Source of the DNA: a virus
Strand: one strand, 5' to 3'
Virus record (IMG/VR): IMGVR_UViG_3300037313_000197
Coordinates: 62,891-126,890 of that record
Length of the DNA: 64,000 bases
The notes under the pieces were generated by a model. The model made no database searches, had not been told where the DNA came from, and saw only the letters and a program-made list of their open reading frames with translations. The translations under genes were made by a program, and so were the position numbers. Shown here one piece after another: positions 25,188 through 34,430 of this stretch; the first letter of the stretch is position 1, and every line of letters begins with the position of its first letter.

Positions 25188-25705
25188 TGGTGGGGTCGGA
25201 ACATTGCGCAATTCCTGTCACCAAAAGCAGTATCTAGGCTTAATGTACACTTGGCTTCGACTTACTTTCGACTCAACCCCCGTGGATCAGCCGTGACTTG
25301 CACACGGAAGTTTCAGCGTCCTCATGAGGCTTTAGACTGAAACTAGTTCTATTCACTGACCCAAGTGCAAACCATTGCTTTCGCTCTTGCCAGTTCCCGG
25401 CTTGCTAGGATATTAGAGTCCGTTACGTCTAAACGCAATCTGGCCGACTATGTTATTGGTGACTGAGTAAGCACCCATCAAACTCAGGCACCAAGTACAG
25501 AGGGTGAACAAGGGCTTAGGGACTTATTGACGTTGCCAGAATTACGGTTTCTACGAGTGACACGCATTGTCTTTAGTTTTAAACCTTGTTCACCATGAAG
25601 TTATAATGTCCGTTAACTTTTGCGAGCGCGAGGTAGGTTCCCAAGAGCATTGAGCACGGACTACACTCAATCCTACCCCACTACATACCCCCGCAAGGAT
25701 ATGTA
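25188..25705 (-). ncRNA. Candidate large structured ncRNA (~520 nt) ending in ACCA
   Basis: No ORF of 60 aa or more on the coding strand; many helices (11 bp 25503-13/25584-94, 8 bp 25309-16/25337-44, 6+6 bp 25456-68/25482-94); 3' end CGACCCC-ACCA. Confidence 0.6.
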
Positions 25706-25756
25706 ATTGCATTTATTTGCGAACCGTGCTATTGGTTCCTCCATTGTTTAAGATTA

Positions 25757-26098
25757 TCAGGCGTTGTTTCCGCTGTCAAGACTAGACTCTACACGATCCT
25801 CTTCGTCAGTGTCAACATGTACCGGAACTTCCCTTTCGTTCCAGTATGCACCTGCCGTCACTGTACCGGGCTTGACCTCAGTTCGTCCAGCATCAATGAT
25901 TACAACTTCACACTCTTCGATCTGTCTCTTTGTTCCGTCAAGAACAATGACCGGACCTCCGTGATGAGAGCCTACCAGTTGAAGCGCGGCGTGTACAGCC
26001 TGAGCAGCCAACTTCTTTGGACTCATCTTTGCATCCTTACGAACCTTAATTACTAATCTAAGTTCTTTAGGAACTTCTTCATTCTCAGACATTTTCAA
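25757..26098 (-). CDS. pth2: Peptidyl-tRNA hydrolase, Pth2 type
   Basis: VRKDAKMSPKKLAAQAVHA, IDAGRTEVKPGTVT. Confidence 0.88.
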   Translation of the reverse strand: MKMSENEEVPKELRLVIKVRKDAKMSPKKLAAQAVHAALQLVGSHHGGPVIVLDGTKRQIEECEVVIIDAGRTEVKPGTVTAGAYWNEREVPVHVDTDEEDRVESSLDSGNNA

Positions 26099-26162
26099 CT
26101 CCTCTCTTGTTTTCTACCAGTATAAAGATGTTAAGGGTTCAACTACCCTCTTGTCAAGAGTC

Positions 26163-26555
26163 TCAGAGAACTTTCTTAGAAATCTGAATGACTATCGGAT
26201 CACCCTCCTTGTTTCTATAAAGCACTCCATCCCTAAGTTCAAAGTAAACAATCTGAGCGTCGTACTCGTTGTTTTCTAGTTCTCCTCTTGCGATGTACAT
26301 ACATGGGTTGGTGTTCCTGACGGTACCGGCCCTCATTTCAAGCCAGTCAGCGTCCTTAGAACCGTCTAGAAAACCCTCAGAAAATCCAGCGTACTTCCCG
26401 TGCCCCTCGTATTTCCAGACCGGCTTAGGAGCCTTCTTATCGTCAGGATCAGGCACCGGAAACTCTTCTCCCAGAGGGATCGGCGGGGTACCAACAGGAG
26501 CACTCCAAATATCCACATACATAACGTTATAGTGATCGTGCTTCTTAACAATCAT
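26163..26555 (-). CDS. Hypothetical protein
   Basis: RBS AAGGAGGG. Confidence 0.6.
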   Translation of the reverse strand: MIVKKHDHYNVMYVDIWSAPVGTPPIPLGEEFPVPDPDDKKAPKPVWKYEGHGKYAGFSEGFLDGSKDADWLEMRAGTVRNTNPCMYIARGELENNEYDAQIVYFELRDGVLYRNKEGDPIVIQISKKVL

Positions 26556-26626
26556 AATCCCTCCTTGGGTATAGCAAAGTAGGGCGAGCGGATTCCTCCA
26601 CCCGCCCTACTAAGCGTGTAAATATT

Positions 26627-27517
26627 CTAGAAACGTCCAGCGGCCACTTGCGCAACGGTAATACCACGAGCACGGACGTGACGAACAACCTGATCCCTGT
26701 CGTCAAAAACCATCTTGATGTTCCAGTTAGGAATAACCTTCTCATCGTAGATATCAGCCTTGACAACATAGTCAGGACGAACGTCACCAGACTTACGCAT
26801 AAAGAGGTCGTAGTCCTCAGAAGTGAAGCAGAAAATCCTCTCGATCCACTCTCGCGTAGCCTCTTCGCAACCATCAGTACGACCCGAAACAAAGACAATA
26901 TCGTAGTCACCAGAAGCACTCAGGCCAAGGACGATATCAATAACGTCCCAGATAGGCTCATCGGTGCCGACCTTGCTTTCGTCATATGGAGAACGGCTCA
27001 CGTGTCGAGCAATTGTACCATCGATATCCACAACAACAGCCGGGGAAAGATAGTCATTACCGAGGCGGTGTGTATATGGAGTAAATGTCGGGGCAGGAAG
27101 AAACTCGTCTTCAATGCTCTGGGAACTAAGGTCATTATAGAACTTAGTTACAATGTCAGCACCAACCTTGTCAAGACGCCTGTTATCACGAACGATAGCC
27201 TCGTCCAGACGGATAGGAAAAACCTTGATTTCCACGTCCTGAGCGTGCTCGTGACAGAACTTGATAAGTGCCTTGCGGAACTTAGGGTTAATGTTAGTGT
27301 CTGCAACGATCACATCCATACCGGCGACGAAAGCACCCTCCATCTGAGCGCGGTGGACGGTAGTAACAGCATTCTCGTTCTCTCCCGAAGCAACTCCCAT
27401 CGCCTCACGAATGTCATCACGTGATACAATCATGGTGTTTGGGTGCTCCTTGGCATAGGCACGAGCCCACGTAGTTTTACCCGAGGCCGGGATACCAACG
27501 GTCAAAATAACAGTCAT
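26627..27517 (-). CDS. pnk: Polynucleotide 5'-kinase/3'-phosphatase (T4 PseT-like)
   Basis: GIPASGKTTWA P-loop, SRDDIR, DIDGT HAD motif, VSGR, FDDR. Confidence 0.93.
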   Translation of the reverse strand: MTVILTVGIPASGKTTWARAYAKEHPNTMIVSRDDIREAMGVASGENENAVTTVHRAQMEGAFVAGMDVIVADTNINPKFRKALIKFCHEHAQDVEIKVFPIRLDEAIVRDNRRLDKVGADIVTKFYNDLSSQSIEDEFLPAPTFTPYTHRLGNDYLSPAVVVDIDGTIARHVSRSPYDESKVGTDEPIWDVIDIVLGLSASGDYDIVFVSGRTDGCEEATREWIERIFCFTSEDYDLFMRKSGDVRPDYVVKADIYDEKVIPNWNIKMVFDDRDQVVRHVRARGITVAQVAAGRF

Positions 27518-27993
27518 GCAAACTCCTTGTAAATATAGGGCGGAACCTCATGTCCTTCGCTGAACAGGAGCCTAGCATAGATCGGAGACTCGCGGAAGAG
27601 CCTGTTATGCGCCTCACGAGCCTTGGAAGTACATGCCTTCTGACAGAACCTAAGAATCTGATTCACTGCATAAAAAGCAGTACCGCAGACTCGACACACA
27701 CAGGGAATTCCATATGCGTCATACTCTGCTCGCTCTTTGCGCTTTAGATCAAAGTCAGGCTTGATAAGTTCGGGGTACCTAGCGATAAAGACTTCTGGAA
27801 GAAGACTTCCCTTAATGTTATTGCATCGTTCACAACAAAGAACCTTGTTGCCGATTGTGTTACTACCGCCCAGACTGGATGGGATAACATGATCGACAGT
27901 CCGGGCTTCTGGCGCTCCACAGTAGAAACAATCCGTACCGTGGAGCCGACCCAGAAGAACGCGAGGATTTTTGTGACTCTTCTTCTTGGACAT
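27514..27993 (-). CDS. HNH endonuclease
   Basis: CFYCG..TVDHVIP..GGSN..N.VLCCERCNNIKG. Confidence 0.9.
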   Translation of the reverse strand: MSKKKSHKNPRVLLGRLHGTDCFYCGAPEARTVDHVIPSSLGGSNTIGNKVLCCERCNNIKGSLLPEVFIARYPELIKPDFDLKRKERAEYDAYGIPCVCRVCGTAFYAVNQILRFCQKACTSKAREAHNRLFRESPIYARLLFSEGHEVPPYIYKEFA

Positions 27994-27995
27994 TT

Positions 27996-29189
27996 TTAGT
28001 CCTCCTTGACGAGCGAAACCTCCCTCTGAGGTTTGACTGATGCCAAGGCTAGTGGGAAGACCGGTTTGTTGTCAAGTGCGGCAAAGAGGTACTTTGTGTG
28101 GTATGTGTACTTCTTTGCTTCCAGAGCAAATTCCTTACGCGAGACCATATCGTAACGCTCGCCAAGATCATGCTCGATCTGGTCAAGAATTCGGTCAGTC
28201 TGCATAACGATATCAATGGCTTCTGCGAACAGACGATTAGCCACATCATCAATGAACTTGTGGAATTCCTCAGGAAGATCACGCTTTAGATCAGACACAG
28301 TTCCTCCATTGACAAGGTGCTGCCAAATAGACTTTTCTGTTAGACCAGAAACGAGGCGGTGAATACGAACATACTCCGCTGCCTTCATCTTGGTTCTGAA
28401 ATTACGTGTCGGCCAGAGGTACACAAAACCCTCATCACCGGCAGGAATGTCCTGATCTTGTCCAGAGTCAAACCCGGCAACAGGCTTACGAACAACCTTA
28501 TCAGGCCATGCGCAGTTATCGAATTCATCCGTGTCAGGGAAGCCAGTAGCATTGTCGATAACGTCGATGAGTACAAGACCTTCGTACTCACCGTAGTCAA
28601 CTACAATTCGGTTCTCAGGGTAGATGATTTCGAATAGATATGTCTTGTCTTCCTTGGGACGGAACATTTTCTCACCCAACATCACCGTCTTATTGAAGAA
28701 CTTCGTAGCCCACTCAGCCTGCTCAGAATGCATGGAGCCACGTGTGGCGATTGCATACTTGCGAGAATCATAGGTAACCCCGTCAACTTCAAACGTCTCA
28801 GTAACGTGTGAGTAAAGAATACCCAGCGATCCATCCATCTTAGGCATGCGCAATGCAGGGCCGGTAGGCGGATAAGGTGCCCCGCTCTCATCCCAATTCA
28901 TGAATTTGGGGAATGGCCTCGCCACAACTTCCATGGTTTCGTGATTGTAAATAAGACCTCTACAAGCCTTGTTGGTTTCAGACCAGTGACGACCAAACTG
29001 GCAGGCAGGGGTATAGTTTAGAATTGTAAGGGGAAGTTCGTTGTGAGGGCGTGCAGACACCAGACCATCAGCGATGGATTTAGCCAATTCCTGCTCGTTC
29101 ACAACATCATACAGATGTACCATTGTTCCTTGCCTTTCTACAGGTCTTGCACTGCCTACGGCCTTGATACCAGTAGGTGTTTTCGTCAT
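27996..29189 (-). CDS. rnl: RNA ligase 1 (T4 RnlA-like)
   Basis: CRGLI..VVARPFPKFMN, PKMDGSLG, FEII..NRIVVDY, EGFV, KMKAAEY; start trimmed to MTKTP. Confidence 0.9.
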   Translation of the reverse strand: MTKTPTGIKAVGSARPVERQGTMVHLYDVVNEQELAKSIADGLVSARPHNELPLTILNYTPACQFGRHWSETNKACRGLIYNHETMEVVARPFPKFMNWDESGAPYPPTGPALRMPKMDGSLGILYSHVTETFEVDGVTYDSRKYAIATRGSMHSEQAEWATKFFNKTVMLGEKMFRPKEDKTYLFEIIYPENRIVVDYGEYEGLVLIDVIDNATGFPDTDEFDNCAWPDKVVRKPVAGFDSGQDQDIPAGDEGFVYLWPTRNFRTKMKAAEYVRIHRLVSGLTEKSIWQHLVNGGTVSDLKRDLPEEFHKFIDDVANRLFAEAIDIVMQTDRILDQIEHDLGERYDMVSRKEFALEAKKYTYHTKYLFAALDNKPVFPLALASVKPQREVSLVKED

Positions 29190-29565
29190 CGTATGCATGC
29201 CCTCGTGGACACGCTGTTTTGCTCTTCTGTACAGACGAATAATGGTTAACTGCTTCTGCAATGTTATTCTTCTGCGTGTCGTATCTCAGGTTCTCTACCG
29301 CGTTGTTTAGAGGGTTGAAATCATTATGGCAGACCACCATGCCCTTAGGCTTTAAGCCAAAAAACGCTTCTGCTATAAGTGTATGCACCTTTCTAGTTGT
29401 CATTTTACCATCAGGCTTGACTAGAGTTACCTGATACCTACCAGTAGTATGCATACTCTGCTTTAGAAACTTCTTAGATTTGGAAGAGTAAATTCTTCCA
29501 TCAGCGAAGGCAAAGTATTCATCAAAGTCCGGTATTGGTAGGCTTTGAATATAGCCCTCACTCAT
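29107..29565 (-). CDS. NUMOD4/HNH homing endonuclease
   Basis: GRIYS..VHTLIAEAF..VVCHND.N..NN...NLRYDT..N, CPRGH.Y. Confidence 0.88.
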   Translation of the reverse strand: MSEGYIQSLPIPDFDEYFAFADGRIYSSKSKKFLKQSMHTTGRYQVTLVKPDGKMTTRKVHTLIAEAFFGLKPKGMVVCHNDFNPLNNAVENLRYDTQKNNIAEAVNHYSSVQKSKTACPRGHAYDDENTYWYQGRRQCKTCRKARNNGTSV

Positions 29566-29864
29566 GACTTCCTCTTCCGCTTGGTCGGTGCTTTCTTGGC
29601 TACCGGCTTTTCCATAGATGCCTTGACAAGTTCCAGTTCACGAAACTCAACCCAGACCTCCTCGCCATAAGCAATTTTGACACGGCATGAATGTGGCGTC
29701 ACTGCACCAATGACCTTACCCTCTTTACCGAGAGTGCCGGGTGGAATTGACATATACCGGTTACAGTTGCGAACAACCTTTACCTTATCGCCAACTCTGA
29801 ACTTAACGGGAGAATCCCCAATCGTCTGATCCGTGCTCGTACTTGTTGTAGACCGTCTTGCCAT
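29562..29864 (-). CDS. Small protein with a KOW/SH3-like segment
   Basis: FRVGDKVKVV..GKEGKV. Confidence 0.55.
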   Translation of the reverse strand: MARRSTTSTSTDQTIGDSPVKFRVGDKVKVVRNCNRYMSIPPGTLGKEGKVIGAVTPHSCRVKIAYGEEVWVEFRELELVKASMEKPVAKKAPTKRKRKS

Positions 29865-30087
29865 TTCCTACCTCCCAAGTCAGAGTAAGTGAATAGGTAT
29901 CGCTACCCCATCGATCAGCGGTGTGCACCTTCACAGAGATTACAGCATGGCCGGGTACACCGTCAAGAGCAGCAATCAACTCATCCTTGGTTGTGCCAGT
30001 CTTTAGATCAAGTTCTGCATTTACCTTCATTTCACTCCTAATGCCTAAATAGATGATGGGCGGTGCAAGTTTCCCTACACCGCCCAT
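29803..30087 (-). CDS. Hypothetical protein
   Basis: ORF track; true start probably MKVNAE. Confidence 0.5.
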   Translation of the reverse strand: MGGVGKLAPPIIYLGIRSEMKVNAELDLKTGTTKDELIAALDGVPGHAVISVKVHTADRWGSDTYSLTLTWEVGNGKTVYNKYEHGSDDWGFSR

Positions 30088-30100
30088 CCTAGTCTACTTT

Positions 30101-31642
30101 TCAGCCTCGCGCAAGATCACGAATGTTCTTGATTGTCGTGCGCTCAACAAACTCACCGTTCTTCCAAACAGTTGTCAGTTCAGACTTCTTCAAAGCCCAC
30201 TCAGAAGCATCGTCAACTGCGTAGTACTCACCGGTCTCAGTGTTGCGAAGCACTGCAATGCGACCACGGAGCGACTTCTTTGTACCGCCATCAGTGACAG
30301 GGTTCTTAAAGATTGGCTTCTCTACACCGTCGATGACAACGTTGGTAGCCTTCATGGCAAATCCAAATGTGTCACGCGTCTGGTACTGGTAACCGAAACT
30401 ACCCATGCCGAAGACAACATTGGCACTAGCAAATCCCTTAGCGTCAAGACGCTCTAGAATGTTCTTTGCACGCTCGTAGTTGATCGAGTCACCATAGATA
30501 ACACCAATGTGAGAATCGAGCAACTTGTGACCCGTCTCGGTGTAAATACCGCCGAACGTCTCCCAGAGCAGTTCTACAACACCCTTGGACTCGGCGTCAG
30601 AATAATCAATGGTTTCCAACAACTTGCCGGTCCTAGTGTTCATACCACAAAGGATATCAGCAGGATCACCAGAGTCAGGACGAATAACCAACTTGCCATC
30701 GCGAGCAAGAATCTTATCCTTTAGCGAAGGCACCGTCTCAGTGACAACCTTCCACAAGTCCCACGTGTCAGAGACAACCGAGAGAATTCCCGAAGGGTAA
30801 AGGTCGATCAGGCGCTCGTAAGTCTCGCGCTCGTCATCCTCACCACCGGCACACATCACAGAGTGCTCAGTAGCAGCAACAGAGCCACCAATGAGGTAAG
30901 TGTCGTCCAGTTCAAGCCAGCCGGGAGCATCCATGGCAAAGTCGAAACCATCATCGCTGTTCTTAAGAACAGGGTAGTACGTCTCAATAAAGTCAATTGC
31001 AGGAATAGTGTCTGTGCCAGTGAACTGAGTCAGGTGACCAAATCCAGAAAGCACCGCCGACTCAACACCGGCCATTCCACGCATCGAAAAGTCATGACCC
31101 TGCCAGTCAACAAACTCCTTGGGAGAGCCAGTCTTAACAGCGTACTCATCGAGCAGTCCACGCATGCGCTTTGCAATTGTAGCGCTCGTCATCGGCATCC
31201 AGAGGACATTCGACATAAGCGTCTCGATGTAGTTCACGAGCCAGAAGAAATCAGGATGAGTGTTCTCGACCGTAAACATCGGCACACGAAGCGGAACAAG
31301 AGCACCCTCAGGAAGAGCCTTGAATTCCAGAGGCAGGTAACCGAGCGCGTGAAGATCACGAATGTGCTGGTCACCAATCTCATTAGGGCCAAGGTAACCA
31401 AGAGTGCGTCGGTTGTATTCAGCAACCACGTCCTCAACGTCACGGTCGAAGAAGGTATCGTTAAACTGGTTTCCAAGGTACTCCTGTAGGAAGTACTGTA
31501 GACCGACATTGACGACCTTATCGATGCCCTTGATACGTGAAACACGCGGCGTCCAGTTGGAGTAAACAAACTCAGTACCAGCGGGATATTGCCTTCTGTG
31601 GTCAAGTTTGTAACCGTCAATAAGAGTAATAGCATTAAACAT
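30101..31642 (-). CDS. nadV: Nicotinamide phosphoribosyltransferase-like protein (NadV / Namat candidate)
   Basis: DGYKLDH..QYP, HDFSMRG, SVAATEHSVMC, SVVSDTWD, VIRPDSGDP, IYGDSI, FGMGS, KKSLRG. Confidence 0.92.
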   Translation of the reverse strand: MFNAITLIDGYKLDHRRQYPAGTEFVYSNWTPRVSRIKGIDKVVNVGLQYFLQEYLGNQFNDTFFDRDVEDVVAEYNRRTLGYLGPNEIGDQHIRDLHALGYLPLEFKALPEGALVPLRVPMFTVENTHPDFFWLVNYIETLMSNVLWMPMTSATIAKRMRGLLDEYAVKTGSPKEFVDWQGHDFSMRGMAGVESAVLSGFGHLTQFTGTDTIPAIDFIETYYPVLKNSDDGFDFAMDAPGWLELDDTYLIGGSVAATEHSVMCAGGEDDERETYERLIDLYPSGILSVVSDTWDLWKVVTETVPSLKDKILARDGKLVIRPDSGDPADILCGMNTRTGKLLETIDYSDAESKGVVELLWETFGGIYTETGHKLLDSHIGVIYGDSINYERAKNILERLDAKGFASANVVFGMGSFGYQYQTRDTFGFAMKATNVVIDGVEKPIFKNPVTDGGTKKSLRGRIAVLRNTETGEYYAVDDASEWALKKSELTTVWKNGEFVERTTIKNIRDLARG

Positions 31643-32468
31643 GAGTAACCAGTCCTTCCGAGACTTCCAGCACCTTGACAGGTGGATTGTTGATTGTAAT
31701 AGAGTCTGTTGCGTAAATGTTCTCGTATCGCTGTTCTAGGGCAGAAGTGCCCTTGGTGAACAGGCCATGAGTAACGTAGAGGTCAAGATGCACACCATAC
31801 ACCGTTCTGATATTGTCTGCAAGACCTACGAACGTACCGCCGCCATCACACAAATCATCTACCACAAGGTAGCGCATTGCAGGAATCAGTGTGTCTATCA
31901 TCTTGAATCCAGACAACTTGTTTGTGCGAGGATCACGAACCTTTGTTGCGTGGTACACCGGAACATCAAACTGCTTAGCGGCATCTTCTGCTCGCTTCGA
32001 TGCTCCAAGGTCAGGAGCAATGATTCCGTCATACTTGACGCCGGGATTAACTTCCTCAATCATGTGGCGAAGGCGAACATCAACAATTTCTAGATTGTTA
32101 ATCATACTGCTCGCCAGAGAGTGAGGGTCAAGAGTCATAACCTTGTCGAAACCCTGAGCATTAATCATATTCGCAACGGACTTAAGGGTAAAGAGCCAGT
32201 CGCCCTCCCACTTAATCCTATCCTGTCGTGCGCCGGGAATGCAGGGAAGAATCAGATTCTTAATCCTACGACCGCGCTCACGAAAAGAGTCCGCAACCAG
32301 CATTCCGGTAACGAACTCCTGTAGAGAGTTGGGACGGAGAAGCATAATAGCATTCTCGTCTGTGGCATTCCATGCCCGTTCCAGATCAACAACGGGTGTG
32401 TTGTCTGGATAAAGACCCAACTCTAGCGTAACCATTCGATTACGCCTATTTCCAATTTGTATTGACAT
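31635..32468 (-). CDS. prs: Ribose-phosphate pyrophosphokinase-like protein (Prs / Adps candidate)
   Basis: LPCIPGARQDR, DPHS, IAPDLGA, KVRD, VVDDLCDGGGTF, YVTHGLF; start trimmed to MSIQI. Confidence 0.9.
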   Translation of the reverse strand: MSIQIGNRRNRMVTLELGLYPDNTPVVDLERAWNATDENAIMLLRPNSLQEFVTGMLVADSFRERGRRIKNLILPCIPGARQDRIKWEGDWLFTLKSVANMINAQGFDKVMTLDPHSLASSMINNLEIVDVRLRHMIEEVNPGVKYDGIIAPDLGASKRAEDAAKQFDVPVYHATKVRDPRTNKLSGFKMIDTLIPAMRYLVVDDLCDGGGTFVGLADNIRTVYGVHLDLYVTHGLFTKGTSALEQRYENIYATDSITINNPPVKVLEVSEGLVTHV

Positions 32469-32520
32469 TGTTGTTCCTCTTTCTCTACGAGTACCGGCGC
32501 TTGTCAAACCCGGTAAGATT

Positions 32521-32730
32521 TTAGTTATAGTATTCGTCTACGAACTGAATCGCAGCAGAAACCTTGTCATCGTCATAAAATGGATTTGCGGTAGAAACCC
32601 GCAGAGCCTCAGCAGTGCTAGGATCGTAGTCACGAAGGACATTGAAGAATGCCTGACCGGGACGCCATGCTGGGTTATGTCGCATAGCCTCGTACCAACC
32701 GTCCATCAGATGATTCATGCTATGCTTCAT
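32521..32730 (-). CDS. Hypothetical protein
   Basis: MKHSMNH..WRPGQAFFNVL..NPFYDD after RBS GGAG; the longer ORF runs through tRNAs. Confidence 0.65.
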   Translation of the reverse strand: MKHSMNHLMDGWYEAMRHNPAWRPGQAFFNVLRDYDPSTAEALRVSTANPFYDDDKVSAAIQFVDEYYN

Positions 32731-32749
32731 AACTGCTCCAATCATTTTG

Positions 32750-32822
32750 TGGAGGCGGTGTGCGGAATCGAACCGCTTAAATTCTTTTGCAGAGAACTGC
32801 CTCTCCATCTGGCCCCACCGCC
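32750..32822 (-). tRNA. tRNA-Cys(GCA)
   Basis: GGCGGTG/CACCGCC-T-CCA, loop CTGCAAA. Confidence 0.92.
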
Positions 32823-32836
32823 ATTTAGTTATTACG

Positions 32837-32917
32837 TGCGCCGTGATGGAGTCGAACCACCCGAGGTTTCCCAACAGATTTACAGTCTGTCCCGCTGCCC
32901 CTACGGTATAACGGCGC
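32837..32917 (-). tRNA. tRNA-Tyr(GTA)
   Basis: Loop CTGTAAA, variable arm GGGAAACC, A73. Confidence 0.92.
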
Positions 32918-32948
32918 ATGTGCGAGGTTTCCCTCGCTGTGTACTACT

Positions 32949-32977
32949 AGAGTACACCCTTCTAGAGTTGGTGTCAA
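32949..32977 (-). promoter_or_regulatory. Sigma70-type promoter for Tyr/Cys
   Basis: TTGACA-17-TACTCT. Confidence 0.55.
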
Positions 32978-32981
32978 CTAT

Positions 32982-33401
32982 TTACCCGTCTGGGGAATAA
33001 TCCCACAGTTGATCTAGTCCAGCCGCTAAGAAGAAATAACCAAACATCAAAGCAATAATCACTGCCGTTGGAGCATGCAGCCAGATATACCCATGAAGAG
33101 CATATGAGATTGCAGCCATAATCCAAGCGCTAAATCCAATAATCGAAGAGAATTGAACTGTTGGTATATGTTGACTTAACATTCCAATTACTAGAAGTAC
33201 TGAAACAATTCCAATAACTAGTCCCCACCATTCGGAAGGGATAAGTGGTTCAATCTTGGACAACACCGTTGCACCGGCCCCGTACTTATCCTCAGTAAAG
33301 TGGTTGAAGCCATAGACAGCCTGCCACGCACAGAACAAATACGCCAGCGGTGTAATATGCGTGTCAATTGTTTTGCTGATCCAGTTTATTACTCTTAGCA
33401 T
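32982..33401 (-). CDS. Four-TM membrane protein
   Basis: Four hydrophobic segments. Confidence 0.7.
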   Translation of the reverse strand: MLRVINWISKTIDTHITPLAYLFCAWQAVYGFNHFTEDKYGAGATVLSKIEPLIPSEWWGLVIGIVSVLLVIGMLSQHIPTVQFSSIIGFSAWIMAAISYALHGYIWLHAPTAVIIALMFGYFFLAAGLDQLWDYSPDG

Positions 33402-33413
33402 TCTTTCATTATA

Positions 33414-33854
33414 TCAGAGAATGTTGTTGTACTTGTCTAGGTGACGTGTCTCGTAGACCTCGTACTCAGTCGGCACCGGGTTTCCCCAGCGTCGGTTGGG
33501 ATAAGCAGTCTTCTTGACGTAGCCACAGCCGATGCAGCGAAACTCATAACGGTTCACGAATTCACCCGGTTCAGCGATACGGCGGTTCATCATGCGGGAC
33601 CATATGAAACTCTGTTCTTCGCGGTAGTTCTGTTGCATGAACTTAACCCAAACGAAGACGTGATTCTTGGCCTCGGTGCAGCGTGGGGCGTGTGTCGGTT
33701 GATAACGGTCACGTCGTTTCTTGCTCCGTGACTTCTTGTAGAGAACGTCATCGTCGTCCCCGAACATGTAAGTACCGCCCTTGGCATTGCCATCGAATTT
33801 GTATGTCAGATCGATGCAGCATCCGCAGGACAGGTATTTCATCTTGTTGCTCAT
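33414..33854 (-). CDS. Hypothetical Cys-containing protein
   Basis: RBS AAGGAG; CTEAKNH..RCIGC. Confidence 0.6.
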   Translation of the reverse strand: MSNKMKYLSCGCCIDLTYKFDGNAKGGTYMFGDDDDVLYKKSRSKKRRDRYQPTHAPRCTEAKNHVFVWVKFMQQNYREEQSFIWSRMMNRRIAEPGEFVNRYEFRCIGCGYVKKTAYPNRRWGNPVPTEYEVYETRHLDKYNNIL

Positions 33855-33896
33855 TGAGTCTCCTTGTTTAGTGTACTTACCTAAACATGGTGGACC

Positions 33897-34094
33897 TCAT
33901 TTCTGAATGACATATCCTGTAACCTCTTTCATGTAATCAAGTGCCGACTTCTCGTCATCAAAACGGAACTCGTGCACGCTCGATCCCCAGCGGGGGTGAG
34001 CACACCAATGCAGCATATCGAGAATAACAACGTGCTTGTCTCCACGAACCTCATACACAGGAGGGTTCGCAAAGGCTCTGGGATTCATCGCCAT
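33897..34094 (-). CDS. Hypothetical protein
   Basis: RBS AAGGAG. Confidence 0.55.
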   Translation of the reverse strand: MAMNPRAFANPPVYEVRGDKHVVILDMLHWCAHPRWGSSVHEFRFDDEKSALDYMKEVTGYVIQK

Positions 34095-34121
34095 TTGAAC
34101 TCCTAAGGTCAGGTGGAGGGC

Positions 34122-34430
34122 TTAGTAGAGTCCCAGCATATCGGTGCTAGTGTCGCGTGTCAAGTCCTTCTTGGAGTCTTTGTTATCAGATTCTTTTTCC
34201 TGTTTAACCTCAACTCTGGCTGCTTGCCACGCCGCCAAGTGTCCAGCAACATTGGCATAAATGCTCACCAGTGCGAGATACAAAATGGAAACTTTGTCCC
34301 AAGTGGCGGGGTAGTAGAAGTAAAGAAAGATTACCACGGGGAAATGACAAAGCCAATGAAGGGTCAGATGACCATTCAACTTCCTCATGAAGATTGGGTC
34401 TTTTTGAATAGCCTCCCACAATGACTTCAT
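34122..34430 (-). CDS. Two-TM membrane protein
   Basis: SILYLALVSIYANVAGHLAAWQAAR. Confidence 0.65.
   Translation of the reverse strand: MKSLWEAIQKDPIFMRKLNGHLTLHWLCHFPVVIFLYFYYPATWDKVSILYLALVSIYANVAGHLAAWQAARVEVKQEKESDNKDSKKDLTRDTSTDMLGLY

Noticed and set aside
25188-25705. Second tmRNA or an RNase P RNA
   Set aside because: No TTCRA T-arm before the CCA, no G3:U70 or tag frame, and no GAGGAAAGUCC or GGCUUA RNase P motifs were found.
32521-32919. 132-aa ORF from the track
   Set aside because: Its 5' half runs through tRNA-Tyr and tRNA-Cys; only 32521-32730 has an RBS and is kept.
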